From Paramecium tetraurelia (Eukaryota), in NCBI GenBank assembly GCA_000165425.1, contig CT868059.1, forward strand, positions 124,001 through 188,000: a stretch of 64,000 nt of DNA. The letters are read 5' to 3'. A model generated the notes under the pieces. It was given only the letters and a program-made list of their open reading frames with translations. It did not search any database and was not told where the DNA came from. Below are positions 27,601-41,904 of this stretch, piece by piece (positions within the stretch are counted from its first letter, which is position 1; every line of letters begins with the position of its first letter). The translations under genes were made by a program, and so were the position numbers.

Positions 27601-30600
27601 TAGCTTATAATTCTTAATATATCTCATTATATATGAATTCGTCATAATGATTAATTCTTTTTACATATCTATCCAATAAAATCAATGTATGTCTGTAATC
27701 ATATTTTAGCAGTTCTTAAATTAAGGATAATTTCTGTTATTTTTCTGCATAAGTTAACTTATTGATTATCTCTAACTTCTATCTTCTATTAGGTAATCGT
27801 AAACCAAAATCAAAGTGTATTTCTTTTTTGCTTATACTGCCATCTTAATTGTTTATAACAAGGAAGGCCTTGGATTCTTATATTAAAACATATCCAATAA
27901 ATATAGTGTTTTCTTGCTTAAAGATAAGATTAAGTGCAACATAATTATCTGGATATTCATTAATATATTCTTCTGGTTCTGGTTAGATGATAATACCTTT
28001 GGGGGGAAAGTAAGGTTCCATATTCACATTAGTATTAAGTTTAATGACAGGGCCTTCCTTTGGTTAATAGTTTTAGTAGTCATCCAAATTTGCCAATTGA
28101 AATTCAGAGAAGTACTCTTGAACCAATTGAATTTCAGTTTATGATCTATCCTTATATTCTTATGGATCTTCTAAACTTTTTTTAGATTAAGGTGGTTCGA
28201 AGGCTTCCTTTTATTATTATTATCTTCTTGCAAATTCAGATAGGTGATTACCCACTTTAGGAGCCATACTATTTCTGATTAATGCTTAAGATGAAACGAT
28301 GGGTGCATTTCTAGGACTAATCATTGTGTTTCTATTATTGATGGTTGTATTTTATTTTTTGGGATGTCTTAAAGGAATTTCCTTTACTTAATCTCTTTCG
28401 GAACTATTTTCATTTGATTTCAAATTGATAGAAGGTCGTTTTTAATCTGATTCAGATATATTTTATTGCGAGGCTTCAGATTTGTTATCATCAGATTCTT
28501 AAATGACAATGCTTTATTCATGTATAAATTCATCAGCATAGACTTATTGTCTTCGTTATGTAGACTAAATGACAACTGGTTGTTCTTATTGATGATGTTC
28601 GATTAATTTAATAGGTTCATTTTTAAATTGTTTGAGAATCATGATTCTCTTTATTTCCTTTTCTATCTTCTTATTCCTATAACACTTGGTACTGTCTATT
28701 ATTTAATTGAGCAATTTCTTATTGATTGCATCTTTCATGGACACTAATTTATATCCAACCACTGATCTTATAAGATAGTAATGATTCTTTAGAGCGTACA
28801 TTAATTTGCCAATGATCTGTTGAGCAAAATCACTTTTTAAGAAGACTATAGTTTTACAATTGTTAGGTTCATATAGATTCTATTACTTACAGTATATACT
28901 GAGGAGACCATTAAAATTTTCTAAACGATCTTTGGAAAACCATCTCTGATATTCATCTAGATAACTAACAAAATTATTGATTTTGAAATTCACATTAAAT
29001 TACTATTCGTCATTTTGCAATTAGAAGTAGACTATCAATTGCAATGCAATAATAGATTGTTAGTCAGTAAAGATATTCATTATATGTTGTAGTTGATGTC
29101 CTATGATAAAAAGGATGAAAATACTTAATTGTGAAGGAGTGTTGGGAAATGATATCTGTTCATCCTCATCAGTTTAAGTGTTTGCATATCCACTGTCACT
29201 AAATGCACATATTGATATGTTCGACAATTTCCATATTTTGATCTCATCATCGAAGAATAGTTTACCTAAGAAGTACATTTCTTATTCTGGGAGATTATAA
29301 AAATCAACAATTATTTAAACTAACTAATAATTTAAATGATATGTTACTGTTTTAGCTTTGTTTGTACTAATTTATTCAGCCTCATTATTTTTGATCTCTC
29401 TAACAATCTAATCGAATCTTCCTCCCTTCCTGATAGAATTCTTGAGTTCCTTTACTGAGACTTTCATAGTGGTTCTATTGCTTTGATTGCTCTCTAATTT
29501 ATCATTGCAAGCTGTTTGACTTTGTGGTTTTTATGTTGCCATAGGAGTTAACTCAATAGTTTGAGTAGTTTTAATTTTCCTAATTGTGGATTTGTACTTT
29601 CTAAAATATTGTTAAATGATTTTAGCAGCCAAATTCAATTATTCCATCGAATATTTATTCAATAGGTCATAGAAAAGGGTCTCGCTTTGCTCTGTGATTT
29701 CTGTTTACACATGCTATAACTGAGGGATCATAACCTATTATGAAGGAGATTATTGTTATTGGGCCAACACAGATTCAGTAGTGGGCACTCTCATTTCATC
29801 CAATTACTGTTGCATATTCAAATCTTGAACTGTTTACAATTTGGGTAATTTCTGCTCACTCTATTAAGTATCAGATTTGTTATGTAACATTTGTGTATTC
29901 TATTTGTTTAGCATTCTGGGTATAAGTCTACTAGATTTTATTTTCTTCTTATTTGAGGTCATCTATTCATTTTGGTCTCCCTATTTGTTGTTGGTCTTCT
30001 TCTTTAACTGAAGATGTTCTGACTTAAATTGTGGTCTCATAAGCATCATCTCATCAATAGGTTCTGTCTTGAGCTAAGCTTCCTGCAATTGTACTCTACA
30101 TTTGAAATACACTATACTTCAATTTATCCATATAATTCTCATTCATTAGACTAGTTCTTTGAGAATGAGCAGCCAAGGACAACCTAGGAGAAAACAATTT
30201 ATCCTGAGGGAGTAAGGACTAGTTCATATAGGTTGATGCTGCTCTGGATGAGAGTTTCTTATTCTTGATTTGAAATGTCTTCTCTTGCTACTATTAATAT
30301 TCGTCAATCTATTATTAATTAGAAATAGTCTTCAGTTTCTCTTCATATTCTTATCTGACTTTCTTTACATACTCAGGCAATTGATATTTGGTGGAATGTG
30401 ACGACAACTATCTCACTATTTATTGATAGGATTTCACTTGTGTCTACATATGATGCTATTAATATGTTAGGTATGTAATACATCAAAATTTTTGTTTGGT
30501 TTTAGCGTTACTACTTTGCGTAGCAACTCTTAACCAACATCCTTTTAGAGATCAGCTTTGAATTGCTGGAAGTCTACCTTCTCTTATCCCATAATCATTT

Positions 30601-31400
30601 CGAATTCCATCTTTTAACTTAGTTTTTCATATTTGTCTCTAGCTTTCATAGTGGCTGGAGCATCAGGTCCAAATATCAATTCCTATATTTACCAAGCCTT
30701 GTATAGATTTCTCAGTGACTCTCTTTCAAATCCTACCTTGAATTGAGATTTCCCTATATAATAGAATGCTCTAGCCAACATCACAAACCATTTTTTATAT
30801 TCTTAATGAAACTCCTCTTTTGTCAAAGTTCGCAAAGAATCAAATGTAATTCCCAATCTTTACAAAATGTCAACCAATTTATTACATTAATCTAACATGT
30901 CATCTTTGCGATGCATCATTCTACAAACTTCACTGCCATGATAAAGTAATTATGAATACAACTTTAATACTTACTTATCATCTTCACTTATATTGACTCG
31001 TTTCGTATATGAGAACTTCTCCATGAAAGGCAAGACTTCTCTTAGATTCATCCAAGCCTTTTAATATTGTCCCTATTATTCAAATAATTAAGAGATCTAA
31101 AGGATTGCATGGCCTCTTGACTTCACAAAAGTATTTGTGTAAAATATCCCGCTTGTTATTGAGATTGGCGTGGTGATCTACAGAGTCTAATCGTACCAAT
31201 ACCTCTTTTGCTCTATTAAAAAACATTTCTGCCTAAGTACTATTTCCCTATTTCAAAAGCAGTCTTCCATCTTTGATCAATGTATTGGCAAACTCAACAG
31301 CTGCATTAACCACAAGTGGAGACTCCCAACCATTCTAAGACAGTGTCTGCAAATAAGACCGTTCTAATCTCTACAGATTCAACAATTATCCTGATTACAT
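24641..31400 (-). CDS. Giant (~2200 aa) protein with N-terminal TPR-like helices and IQ motif(s)
   Basis: MQSGQLLNLQRLE..; LARAFYYIGKSQFK..LYKAWQIQELIFGPDAPAT (TPR/KLC-like); LAAKIIQQYFRKYK (IQ, near 29600). Several tiny introns, TGA at 24641-24643. Internal continuity only spot-checked. Confidence 0.6.
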
Positions 31401-31445
31401 ATTTAATTAAATGAGAAACTCATCAAATTTGATTATAATTATATA

Positions 31446-32405
31446 TCAATTTTCCTATTTCAGTTTCTTAAATACTATTCTAATATTTGATTTTTTTTAA
31501 TCCCCCAAAAGTTGTGGATTTTCCTCCTATGATTCCTATTCCTATTCATTCTATTACATAATTTATACCTTCCCAGTTTCCTCTGCCTACAATTGTTTAT
31601 TCAAATCATTTTATTATTACAATCCCAAACCCTTTAAGTGACTCAATCTTATCCCAATCAAAAACTTCTGGTAATCCTTATTTTTTGTTAATTTGGCTAA
31701 TTTCTTGCAACACTGCTGTATCTGGTATCTTAAATAAGTGCATTTATTCCTTGATTTCCAATCCATTATGCTTTTATTCGATCCCAAATTCTTTTGTAGG
31801 AACTACTACAAAAATTCTGGCATCCTCTATTTGTTAATTGAATAAGATGGCTAGCTCTATTTGTTTTATTGAATAACAAAACAAGTTCCTTACTCACTTA
31901 TTTTTGAAAAATTCAATTCATATATCATGTTGATCTTGCATTACGTTTCACTCAATAAAGCAACTACTAGGGATAGATTACTGTGACCAATTAAATTTAA
32001 ATCCTCCACTAATTTACTTACAAATTATTAATGTGATTTAATAAATTGTCCAATTGTACTATCTCTACTTTTATTTAAACTACCCTTCTCAGATTGTTTC
32101 TTCATACTTTACTAAGAAAATGACTTCTATTTGATATCTGATTTGACTTCGCGGCGTCTATGATTAGATTCCGATTTTATTTTATTCCTCAAGAACTCTT
32201 TCTATAAGATATGAACATGCTGATCGTCATATAAATGCTTGTATGCTTCCTTCTCTAATACAAGCATTTTGCAGGATTTACATAAAATATGCTTTGTATC
32301 GATATGGTATATTTTAAATAAAGGATTGTAAGTTTATTTCAATATTCTTGAATCATTAGCACCAGAGCTCTTTGATAGATGTGAGGAGTCTAGTTTTGAC
32401 TTCAT
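31446..32405 (-). CDS. Hypothetical protein (319 aa) with possible C2H2/matrin-like zinc finger
   Basis: Intronless ORF MKSKLDSS..KLKQEN-TGA containing ILCKSCKMLVLEKEAYKHLYDDQH. Confidence 0.7.
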
Positions 32406-32525
32406 AGTATTTTAAAGAATGGTTAAATTTTATAAATAAAGTTTAACAAATAATCATTCAAATAATAGACGATTACAAAATTACTTTTTAAATATAATTT
32501 TTAACCAATAAATTATTATCATATA

Positions 32526-34742
32526 TCACTACAAGTCTATCCTTAATTGTCTAATCTTCTTAATTTCATTCGATGACAATTCAGATATGGCACTGCTGCT
32601 CAGAAACTCTTCCATCTCCTTATACGATTCCAACAGTAAAGTGCTGCAAATCAATTATAATCTAGCAAAGGCCTGTTTATTGTTGGGATTGGTCATCCTA
32701 ATGAATATTGGATAAACAATACATAATCAGATAATTGATACTTGTTCTGACTTCCTTCTCAAGAATGACAGCTCCTGTTTGATGGAATTTCTTATTCATA
32801 ATGATCAGCTCTAGTTATTTGGCTATCGAATAACAGAGATGCAAGGACATTTATTCGTAATTTTCCTATGTAAATTAAGTCTTCCATTGATTCAACCCCT
32901 TAAAAGCATTCTTTATTTAATTGGAGAAGTATTTCTGATACTCCCTCTCTTGTTCCAACATGACCACATCCTTCTAATCAAAATGCAATTATTTAATCTC
33001 CTCGAATACTTCCTTTACTGTGCTCTTCAGATTCTCTGCCAACACCTTCAATTTCTCCTCGATTAATTTCTAAAACTTTTTGGTGTTAACTTCAATCATC
33101 TCTTCTACTGCCCCCACAATCATTTATGATTATGGGCCTTTAGGTAATTCACTATAGATCTGTGACTTGAGTGTTTTCAGATACATAGGTATATTACTTA
33201 GAATGTTGAACAACAAAATAATGAATGAATTATTGACTGTTTGATCTTGTGCAATTCCTATGGCTTAGGGAGAAAAGTATTCTTTCTTCAAATATCGATG
33301 GAATAGTTGAAGAGTGATTTGATGTAAATCATCAGAGATGACTTGGAATCCAATGAAATTGATTAGTGCACTTGCAATGATTTGATTTTCAGTGGAAATC
33401 GCTCTTTGGATCTATTATTTGATCAAATAGAATATCTCTTCTAGCCATTCGTGATATCCATTGCTTAATAGTACATTCTGACACTCTAACAACTTGGTAA
33501 ATTTGCCCTTATCGAAATTCCACAAATCTTTTAGAGGTTCTGATTTCTAAACAAAGAACACTATTTGCTGTTGTAATTCGATTTAAGAGAATTCTAAATA
33601 CTTACTCAAATATTCTGTAATAGTGTCACCGATAGCCAAATTTGTAATATCCTTATCTAATTCTGCTGTCTGTTTGAGATGTTACAAAAATCCATTGTAT
33701 TCACTGGAGATTGCTGAAATCTCATCACAATAATAGGAAACCTTCTCTAATTGTTTTTGATCCAAATTAATCTTTTTGGAAATAGATTGCAATAATTGAT
33801 TATCATAACTTTAGACAGATTTGGCATTTTTAACCATTTTCTCGATTTCAAAAAAGGAGTTCAATTGTTTTAAGACACCAACCAAATAGGGATGTGAGAT
33901 CTTAGAAACTAGATAATCAATCAATTCCAAGACTCCTTCAACCCCATAGTATTGTTAAACATTCTTGGAGAATTTTTCTGGTTTGATCAATTCTAAAATG
34001 CCAACAAAATAATTCAGGAATGGGTAGTGATACTTATTGTTGGCAATATCTTAGAAGGATAGAGGCAGATGCTATTATTCATTCTATTCTAAAGTTCTTA
34101 GATCCTTGAGTAATTCTTCGCCATAAATGTTCTTAACTTTGTCAAGCGATTACTCTAAATGCAACACTCTAGCCAAGCCTGAACACAGATTAATTTTTTC
34201 GAGTTCATTATTTTTGACTGCTAATTCAAATTGTTATTTTTGGAATGGTATCAATTGGTTTATAATTAGATTTTCCACAAATTGATAATCGGATTGGCAA
34301 AATTCTTTCAATAGATTGGGAAGGATCTCATAGTAGACTTGACCGAATTTAATGCATGAGGCAATGTCTTATTATTCAATGGCAATCGGTAATTGATTCT
34401 TGATTCGACTCAATTCTAGAAAGCAATTCAATGTGTTTAGTAGCAACTCTACGTTTTTCTTTTGATTTCTTGCCATACTTGATATTCTTACTTCAAAGCC
34501 TCAAAACTCTTGATAGTGACATGAGCATTTTATTGAATTTGATGCACTTGATTGTCCATAACAATGGCATCTTACCTTAAGTTTGATACTTTGGAAATGC
34601 TACTTTTGATTGAATCATCAAGAGTATCGCTTTCATTTGAGTTGAGCAATTTGTTGGCTTCCAGGATGAGTTTCTGTTTCCTCATGCTGTAAAGTACTTC
34701 TTCTTACTCAATGAGTGGATAGATATCTTTTAATGAGTTCAT
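32526..34742 (-). CDS. COG4: Conserved oligomeric Golgi complex subunit 4-like
   Basis: Helical protein. C-terminus KKFHQTGAVILEKEVR...AFARLQLICSTLLLES...LSSNEIKKIRQLRIDL resembles the COG4 C-terminal domain. A 23-nt intron near 34469-34491 restores the frame. Confidence 0.7.
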
Positions 34743-34824
34743 TATAATATCTATATATATATATAGTGTATATTAATGTATCACACAATTCAATCATTTG
34801 CATATTTCATAATTTAAAATAACA

Positions 34825-37800
34825 ATGAAGAGACTCGGACAAGCTCTGATCTTGATTTATTGGTTAACTCTACTTTAAAATACATCTGCAGCCTCGAACT
34901 CTCTGAGTGTTTCGAATGCTGCTTGTTCATGCACATAACTTCTAACTGAGAAAGAATGCAGAGAACGTAAATGCTATTGGAACAACAAAAAATGCTCTGT
35001 TTTAACAATAAACACTACCAATTATTGCGATTCGATAGGGATAGATGTCTGTAAGAGTACACCTGGTTGTGCCAATGTCTCAGAGAAGTGTGTTTCTTTT
35101 TCGGGATGCAGTGCCTACTAATACACAACCAATGAGACTTGCTAAAATATCTCAATCAATTGTACAACTGATGGAGAACAGTGTATAGAATTAGATAAGT
35201 GCAGTAGTTACACAAATCAGGTGAGTTGCGTAAAGGATGAAAACGGGAAGTTTTGTTATTGGAGTACTGAAAAAAGTGTATGTCAATTGCCAACAACTTG
35301 TGATCTGTTGCCAATTACTTTGAACTCCGATTTATTATGTAGAGCTCAGATTAGTAGTTGTACCATGAAAGAAGGAGGTGGATGTGAAGCAAGTGGGGAG
35401 AAATGCGAAAATCAAAAATTGGAAGGAGCATGTGTCACAAGTTTAGATCAAAAAAAGAATTGCATTTGGGATACAAATCAATGCAAAGAGAAAACATGTG
35501 TAAATGCCCCTATAACCAATATTACTCATGAATTATGCACTACCTATCTATCTACATGTACAGTAAATGATGCATTAAATGGATGCCAAGACAGACCAGT
35601 TACATGTTCAGCAGCAAAGATTCAAAATAATTGTGTAATCAATAGTGCTGGTTAAAATTGCTATTGGAATAAAAACAATTCTAAATGTGAAGACAAAAAT
35701 TGTGATAATGCCCCCGATGATTATACCACTCACGATAGGTGTTAGTAGTGGTTGAGTACTTGCACTCTTAAAACAGGAGGAGTAGGTTGTTAGACTAAAT
35801 TGACTGATTGTACAAAATACACCACATCCAATCAATGTGCAAAGACCTTAGCTGGAGACGATTGTTTTTGGTATGAAACTAAATGTCTATTGAAATCTTG
35901 TACCAATGCTCCATCAACAAATATTAATCATGATATGTGCTCGTCATTTTTACCTTCTTGTACTGTTCAAATTGACTTAACTGGTTGTGAGACCAAAAAG
36001 GCCACGTGTTCTCTATACACAAAAGAAGACCAATGTGTATCCTAATTGGATGGCAAGTTATGTATATTCTAGAATGATGCTTGCATAGAGAGAGTTTGCA
36101 CTAATGCTTCTGAAGACTTAACAAACGAATAGGATTGCAAGAGATTCTCTCCTACTTGTATGGTCAAATCTAATTACAAAGGCTGCATTTTACAAGAATG
36201 CAAAAATATTGATACAAAGGATCGTTGTTCATTAGATTATCAAAACAAATAATGCTATTTTGGATTGCAATGTTAATTAAGAAGTTGTGCTAATGCTCCA
36301 ACTACATATAAAACAGATGCGGAATGTCGATCTTTTCTCAATGAATGCACAGTCAATGAAGAACTCAAAGGATGCATTGAGAGACCCTCCTCATGTGATA
36401 AATTGAAGGAATAATAATGTACTAAATTAACTGATAATGTGACAAAATGCAGTTGGAATGATGATGATGAGAACAATAAAGTATGTAGAAACTTGAATTG
36501 TTCAGATATTACTCCAGGAGCTTAAACAAATGCTACTTGTAGTGCCTTTGATCCATCTTGTACAGTTGCTGACAATCCCAGTCTATGTATGGCTAAACCA
36601 TTGGGTTGTTCATTGATGGTCAATAGAGAACATTGTTTTGGAGTAATACTGGTAGATATGAAATCAACCTGCAGTTGGGATAAGGATCAAGAACTATGCA
36701 GAGATCGTTAATGTTCAGATGCTGATTCAACCCTAAAGACAGAAGCTGAATGTAGAAATTACTTAGCCACTTGCACTCTCAATTCTACTGGCAATGGCTG
36801 TGCAGATGAACCAGCCACATGCAAAGGATACAAGACAAAAGAAGTATGCTAGAGTTTAGTATCCAATCCAAGCAATATTGTGTTATGTGGTTGGAATGGA
36901 TGTGAAAGTAGAACTTGTTCAAATGCACCCATTTTGGCTTCAGGATAACTGTACACTCATGTATCATGCAGTTCATATTTAAATACATGTACATTGAATG
37001 AAGATTAGACTGGATGTGTTGCCAAATTTACATCCTGTACTGATGTTAAGAGTTAAGTGTAATGTGGAGAAACAATCTTAGTCACTGGAACCAGATGTTA
37101 TTTTGATGTTTCAACTGATAACTACTTCTGTAGAGACTTCAAATGTACTGATGAAACCTCCTCATTAATGACCCATGCCAAGTGCTAGAATCTAAGTAAT
37201 TAATGTACTCTTGCTGAAAGTGGAAATGGTTGTGTTGATCTCTTAAGTGCTTGTTCAGACATTAAAGAGTCCTAATAATGTGAAGGAATTGTTTTAAGTG
37301 GAAATCGTTTATGTAGTTGGGATACAAATCCTACTCCTGACTCTGATACTCAAATCCCAGTTTGCAAAGATAGAGCTTGCAAATTCAGTCCTCTAAAAGA
37401 CACCTCAACTAATTGCGAGAAATACTTATCAACCTGCACTCTAGGTGATCCAGATTTGGGATGCATTGACAAACCTGCATCTTGCAGTGGTCTAAATCAA
37501 AAACAATGCAGCAATGTCAAATTAATCAATGGAACATATTGTTCATTTGATAGTACCATAGTAGATGAAACTTAATAATGTCATGCTAGAATTTGTGCTG
37601 ATGCTCCAACTAAGTATCAGACTGATGCTGATTGCAGAACTTGGCTACCAAATTGTACAGTTAAATCTGATGAATCTGGATGTGTCGATGAACCTAGTGA
37701 TTGTTCTTTAATGATGAAATTATAATGCTATAAACTATCTGTCAAATCTGTTACTTGCTTCTGGAATGCCAATGCCAATCCTGCCAGTTGCAGAGTAGCA

Positions 37801-40716
37801 CTCTGTACTGATGCAAGTACAAGTTTATACACAAGTGATGCTCTATGTAAAACCTATAGATCTGATTGTACTGTTGCTAAGGCCAATGGTTGTATTACAC
37901 AACCAACCTCCTGTGCATCTCTGGATCAAGATCATTGTCCCAAAGTAACTATCAATGCAGCAAGCAAAGAGGCAAGTGAAAATAAGTGCAGTTGGAGTGC
38001 CTCATCTACAGCCTGTCAAGATAGAGTATGCACTGATGCTCCCACCACCATTATAACAGAAGAAGGCTGTAGAAGTTGGCTCAAGACTTGCACTCTTGGA
38101 CTAACCAATTAAGGATGCATCACTGAGTAGACCACATGCGATTTAGTCTAAACATAGAATTAATGTTAAGTGTTATCCAATGGTACTAAGTGTGGATGGA
38201 ATACAGGCTGTGTAAATAGAACATGTTCCAATGCTCCAGACACTTACATCAATGATGAATAATGCAGAACCTATCTTTCTACATGTACTGTCTAAGCAGA
38301 TGGAACTGGCTGTGTTATTAGAGCATCCAAATGCACTGATATATTAGTAGATAAATAATGCATTAAAATAAGTGATAGTAAATTATGCCAATGGAATACA
38401 GTTAAATTGAAGTGTGAAGATAGAGCCTGTACTAATGCTCCGACTACTCTAATAAATCATGCTATGTGTTTAGATTTCCTGTCTACTTGCACTGTCAAAG
38501 CAAGTGGAACTGGTTGTTAAACACTGCTTGATAAATGTTCTGCATACACAGTCATCAAGCATTGTGTATAAACATCAAGCGGTTCTGGTTGTCAATGGAT
38601 TCTGATCTCAGGAACAGGATCATGCGTTGATGTTTATGAGAGCTGCTCATCCTATACTATAGAAGCATCTTGCACTGCATAAAGGGATAAATCCAAATGT
38701 ATTTGGTTGAATGGATCCTGTTATAATCGAGAATGCCAACATGCACCCAAATCCTATTCAACTCATGAACAATGTCAAGAGTATGGAAATTGTACAACTA
38801 ATGGGCAAGGATGTATAAATTATATCCCATGTGATCAATATAAATATTCGGCTTCTTGTGTAAAAGGTCTCAATGGAAGTTGTATACTAGTTAACTAATG
38901 TCAAAATATTGGTTGTGATTTAGCTCCGACCACCTACAAGACTCACTCAGATTGCCAGGCTTTTCTTTCCACTTGTACTACGAATGGAAATGGTTGCATT
39001 GAAATCAAGAGATGCCAAGATGCCTATGTGGAAGAAGCCTGCAAGGTCAATGCAAGTCAGAAAGAATGCGCTTGGGTGAATGGAATTTGCTATGATAAAA
39101 GTTGTGATACTGCAGATGCAACTATCCAATCAGAAAAAGGATGTAGTGATTATTATCCTTAAGGCAATTGCACAACCAAAAAGGGAGGAGGTTGTGTTAC
39201 AAAAGGTAAGTGTAAGGATGCACAAGTAGAAGCTGCATGCATTTCCTAATATGATGGATAGAAGTGTTCATGGCAAAATGGAACTTGTTAATTGAGATCA
39301 TGCACAGACTTAATGGGTTATGATCATCAGACATGTAATACAGCCTAGGCTGACTGCACTACAGATGGATTTCAATGTACAATGATGAAAACATGTTCGA
39401 ATACTTTGATTCAATAAGCATGCATAAAGGGAACTGATGGACCATGTAGATGGAGTGAAGACAAATGTCTTAAATACACAAAATGTTCTGATCTCATTTA
39501 TTCTACCCATGTGGAATGCAACTCTATCCATCCTTAATGTACTACTAATGGAATTAATTGTGTTGCCATAACTAAATGTTCTAAAACACCTAAAATTGCT
39601 TGTTTTATTGGTACAACCAATAATTCAATTGGAAAATGTATATGGACACCAATGACTGTGAAAGCATCAGCTCCATACTAATGTATTGACTTCACTGATT
39701 GTACAAATGCTCTATATCTAAATCACAATGATTGCTATAATTATTCTCTTGGTTAGTGTACAAGTGATGGTGTCAATGGTTGTATTAAATTGGATAACTG
39801 TGCAAAATATACTGTTTAATCTTCTTGCTTCATTGATAAAGCAGGACAGTCAGTAAATTCAGCCGGAGCCATTACAGCAACAGGTAAATGCAAATGGTCA
39901 ACTGATAAATGCGTTGCTTAAGGTTGTTCTGATATTGTTGGATCTAGTCATAGAGATTGCAATGGTTAATTGAGTACATGTACTTATAATGGAAAGAATT
40001 GCGTTGTGTAAGGTACATGTAGTGGTTATACTACAAATGATTCATGTACAGTTGCCACAGGAACAGATGGAAAATGCATTTGGGATAATAGTGCTTGTTC
40101 AGCCATGAAATGCGAAGATTACCCAGTCACTTTATGTTCACTCTATTCATCCACTTGCATTCAAGATGGATCAACTTGTGTTTCACTTAAGGATTGCACT
40201 TCATACAAAACTCAAACAGCTTGTGATTATGGTAGTCCAACTAGTGTTTGTGCTTGGATTGTTACTACCACTAATAACAAAGGTAAATGTGTCGAAGTTA
40301 CTACTTGTACCATTGCGACTGTCTATGAAAAGGCATGCAAGAAATTGTCTGATAGATGCTATTGGTAAACTATTACTGTTGCCAACTCAACAGAACATAT
40401 CTGTGCTCCTAAAACTTGTGAGATACAAACTGGTACCACTTGTACTGGGTTCTATGATTGGTCACTTAAAACTTATACTGTCTGTTAATTCAGTGCTCAA
40501 GGAAAGTGTGTTTCTACTGATCCCACTAGTTTGTATTAGAATGATTGTCCACTGGCTACCTTATATTAATACACCTGGAATCCGACTACAAATAAATGCA
40601 CTATTTGCAATGCAGTTCAAACCAACAATTCTACACAATAGAACCAATCAAATACAACTGAAGATAGTTCAGCAGTCATCTTATCAATTGTAATTCTTCT
40701 TGGATTTGTAATTTGA
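34825..40716 (+). CDS. Paramecium surface-antigen-like (PSA-repeat) GPI-anchored protein, 1963 aa, intronless
   Basis: Signal peptide MKRLGQALILIYWLTLL. Periodic Cys repeats of the form C..W....C..KTC.NAP....HE.C..YLSTCTV....GC. Hydrophobic C-terminus SSAVILSIVILLGFVI-TGA. 5892 nt is a multiple of 3. Confidence 0.9.
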
Positions 40717-40743
40717 TTATCCATATTAATATAAATATATTTA

Positions 40744-41539
40744 TCATTTATAATAAGTAGGCTGCATAAACTATGATGGCTATTTCTGCATTATTAATCT
40801 GCTGTCCATTGGCAATATGCGACTCTGAGGAAGCATCTAAGTCTGAGGAATAGCCTGTTGTCTAACCATCTTAAAAATGCTTTTCGGTTTAGCTTATGAT
40901 TATTAATATTGTTGTTGTTGTTATTATTATTATTATTGCTGTTATTATTATTGTTGTGATTATTAAAGTAATTTCTCATAGTTTAGTAGCTATTTCAAGA
41001 ATCCTGTATTTGGATTCACCTGTCTTCTCTTGGATTTCAATTTCCACAACGCCTTCTCCATATTCAAATTGTATTTCCTCATCAAATAAGCTACCACTAT
41101 AGTGGGAGATCTGCTGATTCCCAGAAAACAATGAACCAGGATATTGGTGTGTTTCCTATGACGCTCAATAAAGTCGAATGTCTAATCTGCAAATTGCAAT
41201 ATATTATAATCATCCTTATCATGTGCTTCTACTACATGATGAAATTAAACCACCAAATCACTATATTGAACTGCTGTCTCCTGACTTGCCGTTAATACAG
41301 CCCTAATCTTTAATCTCTTAAGCATGTCAACATCCTTTGCTCCCTCATAACCTCCTACATATATTCCCCCCTCCTCATGGGCTATTAAAATATCTAAACC
41401 AAATTATACTAGGCTCGACGATGCAGGTGATTGGATCAGGATCAACTATTTATGGTACTGAATAAACGAACTTCAAATCTTCTAAAGGTATGGTTGTTAA
41501 CACTATGCTTCTAGAGAAAGCATCTAAAGTTTGGGACAT
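40744..41539 (-). CDS. Dual-specificity protein phosphatase with poly-Q tail
   Basis: GGIYVGGYEGAKD; ILVHCFLGISRSPTIVVAYLM (HCX5R); VNPNTGFLKQL. One 28-nt intron. Confidence 0.92.
40909..40956 (-). repeat. Poly-Gln tract (16 Q) encoded by CAA/TAA/CAG
   Basis: In frame with the DSP CDS. The ORF track misreads it as poly-N in another frame. Confidence 0.85.
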
Positions 41540-41904
41540 TTATAAGGATTTTTAATTGATATATTATATAATATAATTCTCTTGAGATTTCAGAAACATT
41601 ATTACAGAATTGTGTAGCATTTTGAATTTGAAATTGTTAAAATTTAAATCTTCTGTGAATATTGGATTTCTTTCAAATAAAGATTTCTTGTATATTAAAG
41701 TGTGGTTGATATTGAACTACTTAGTATGGATTGAATTACTCAATATTAGAGATAGCTATAGATAGTAATTTAAGTGATCTTTTGACTGTAAGAGATAGGA
41801 CGACTTAAAATGATCCTCACACAAATCGATAATCAACTACTTTAATATTAATTTTGAATTTCAGACTGAATATAGAATTTTATTCATTAAATAAATACAA
41901 TAAA

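Noticed and set aside
34455..34500. Apparent frameshift in COG4
   Set aside because: Resolved by a canonical 23-nt intron (GTAAGAATATCAAGTATGGCAAG on the minus strand), giving LKNQKKNVELL.
34825..40716. Periodic repeats as a CRISPR array or satellite
   Set aside because: The periodicity is at the protein level (Cys repeats). There are no identical nucleotide repeats with spacers.
40794..41102. Poly-Asn and poly-Ile/Val ORFs in the track
   Set aside because: Alternative frames of the TAA/CAA poly-Gln tract of the phosphatase.
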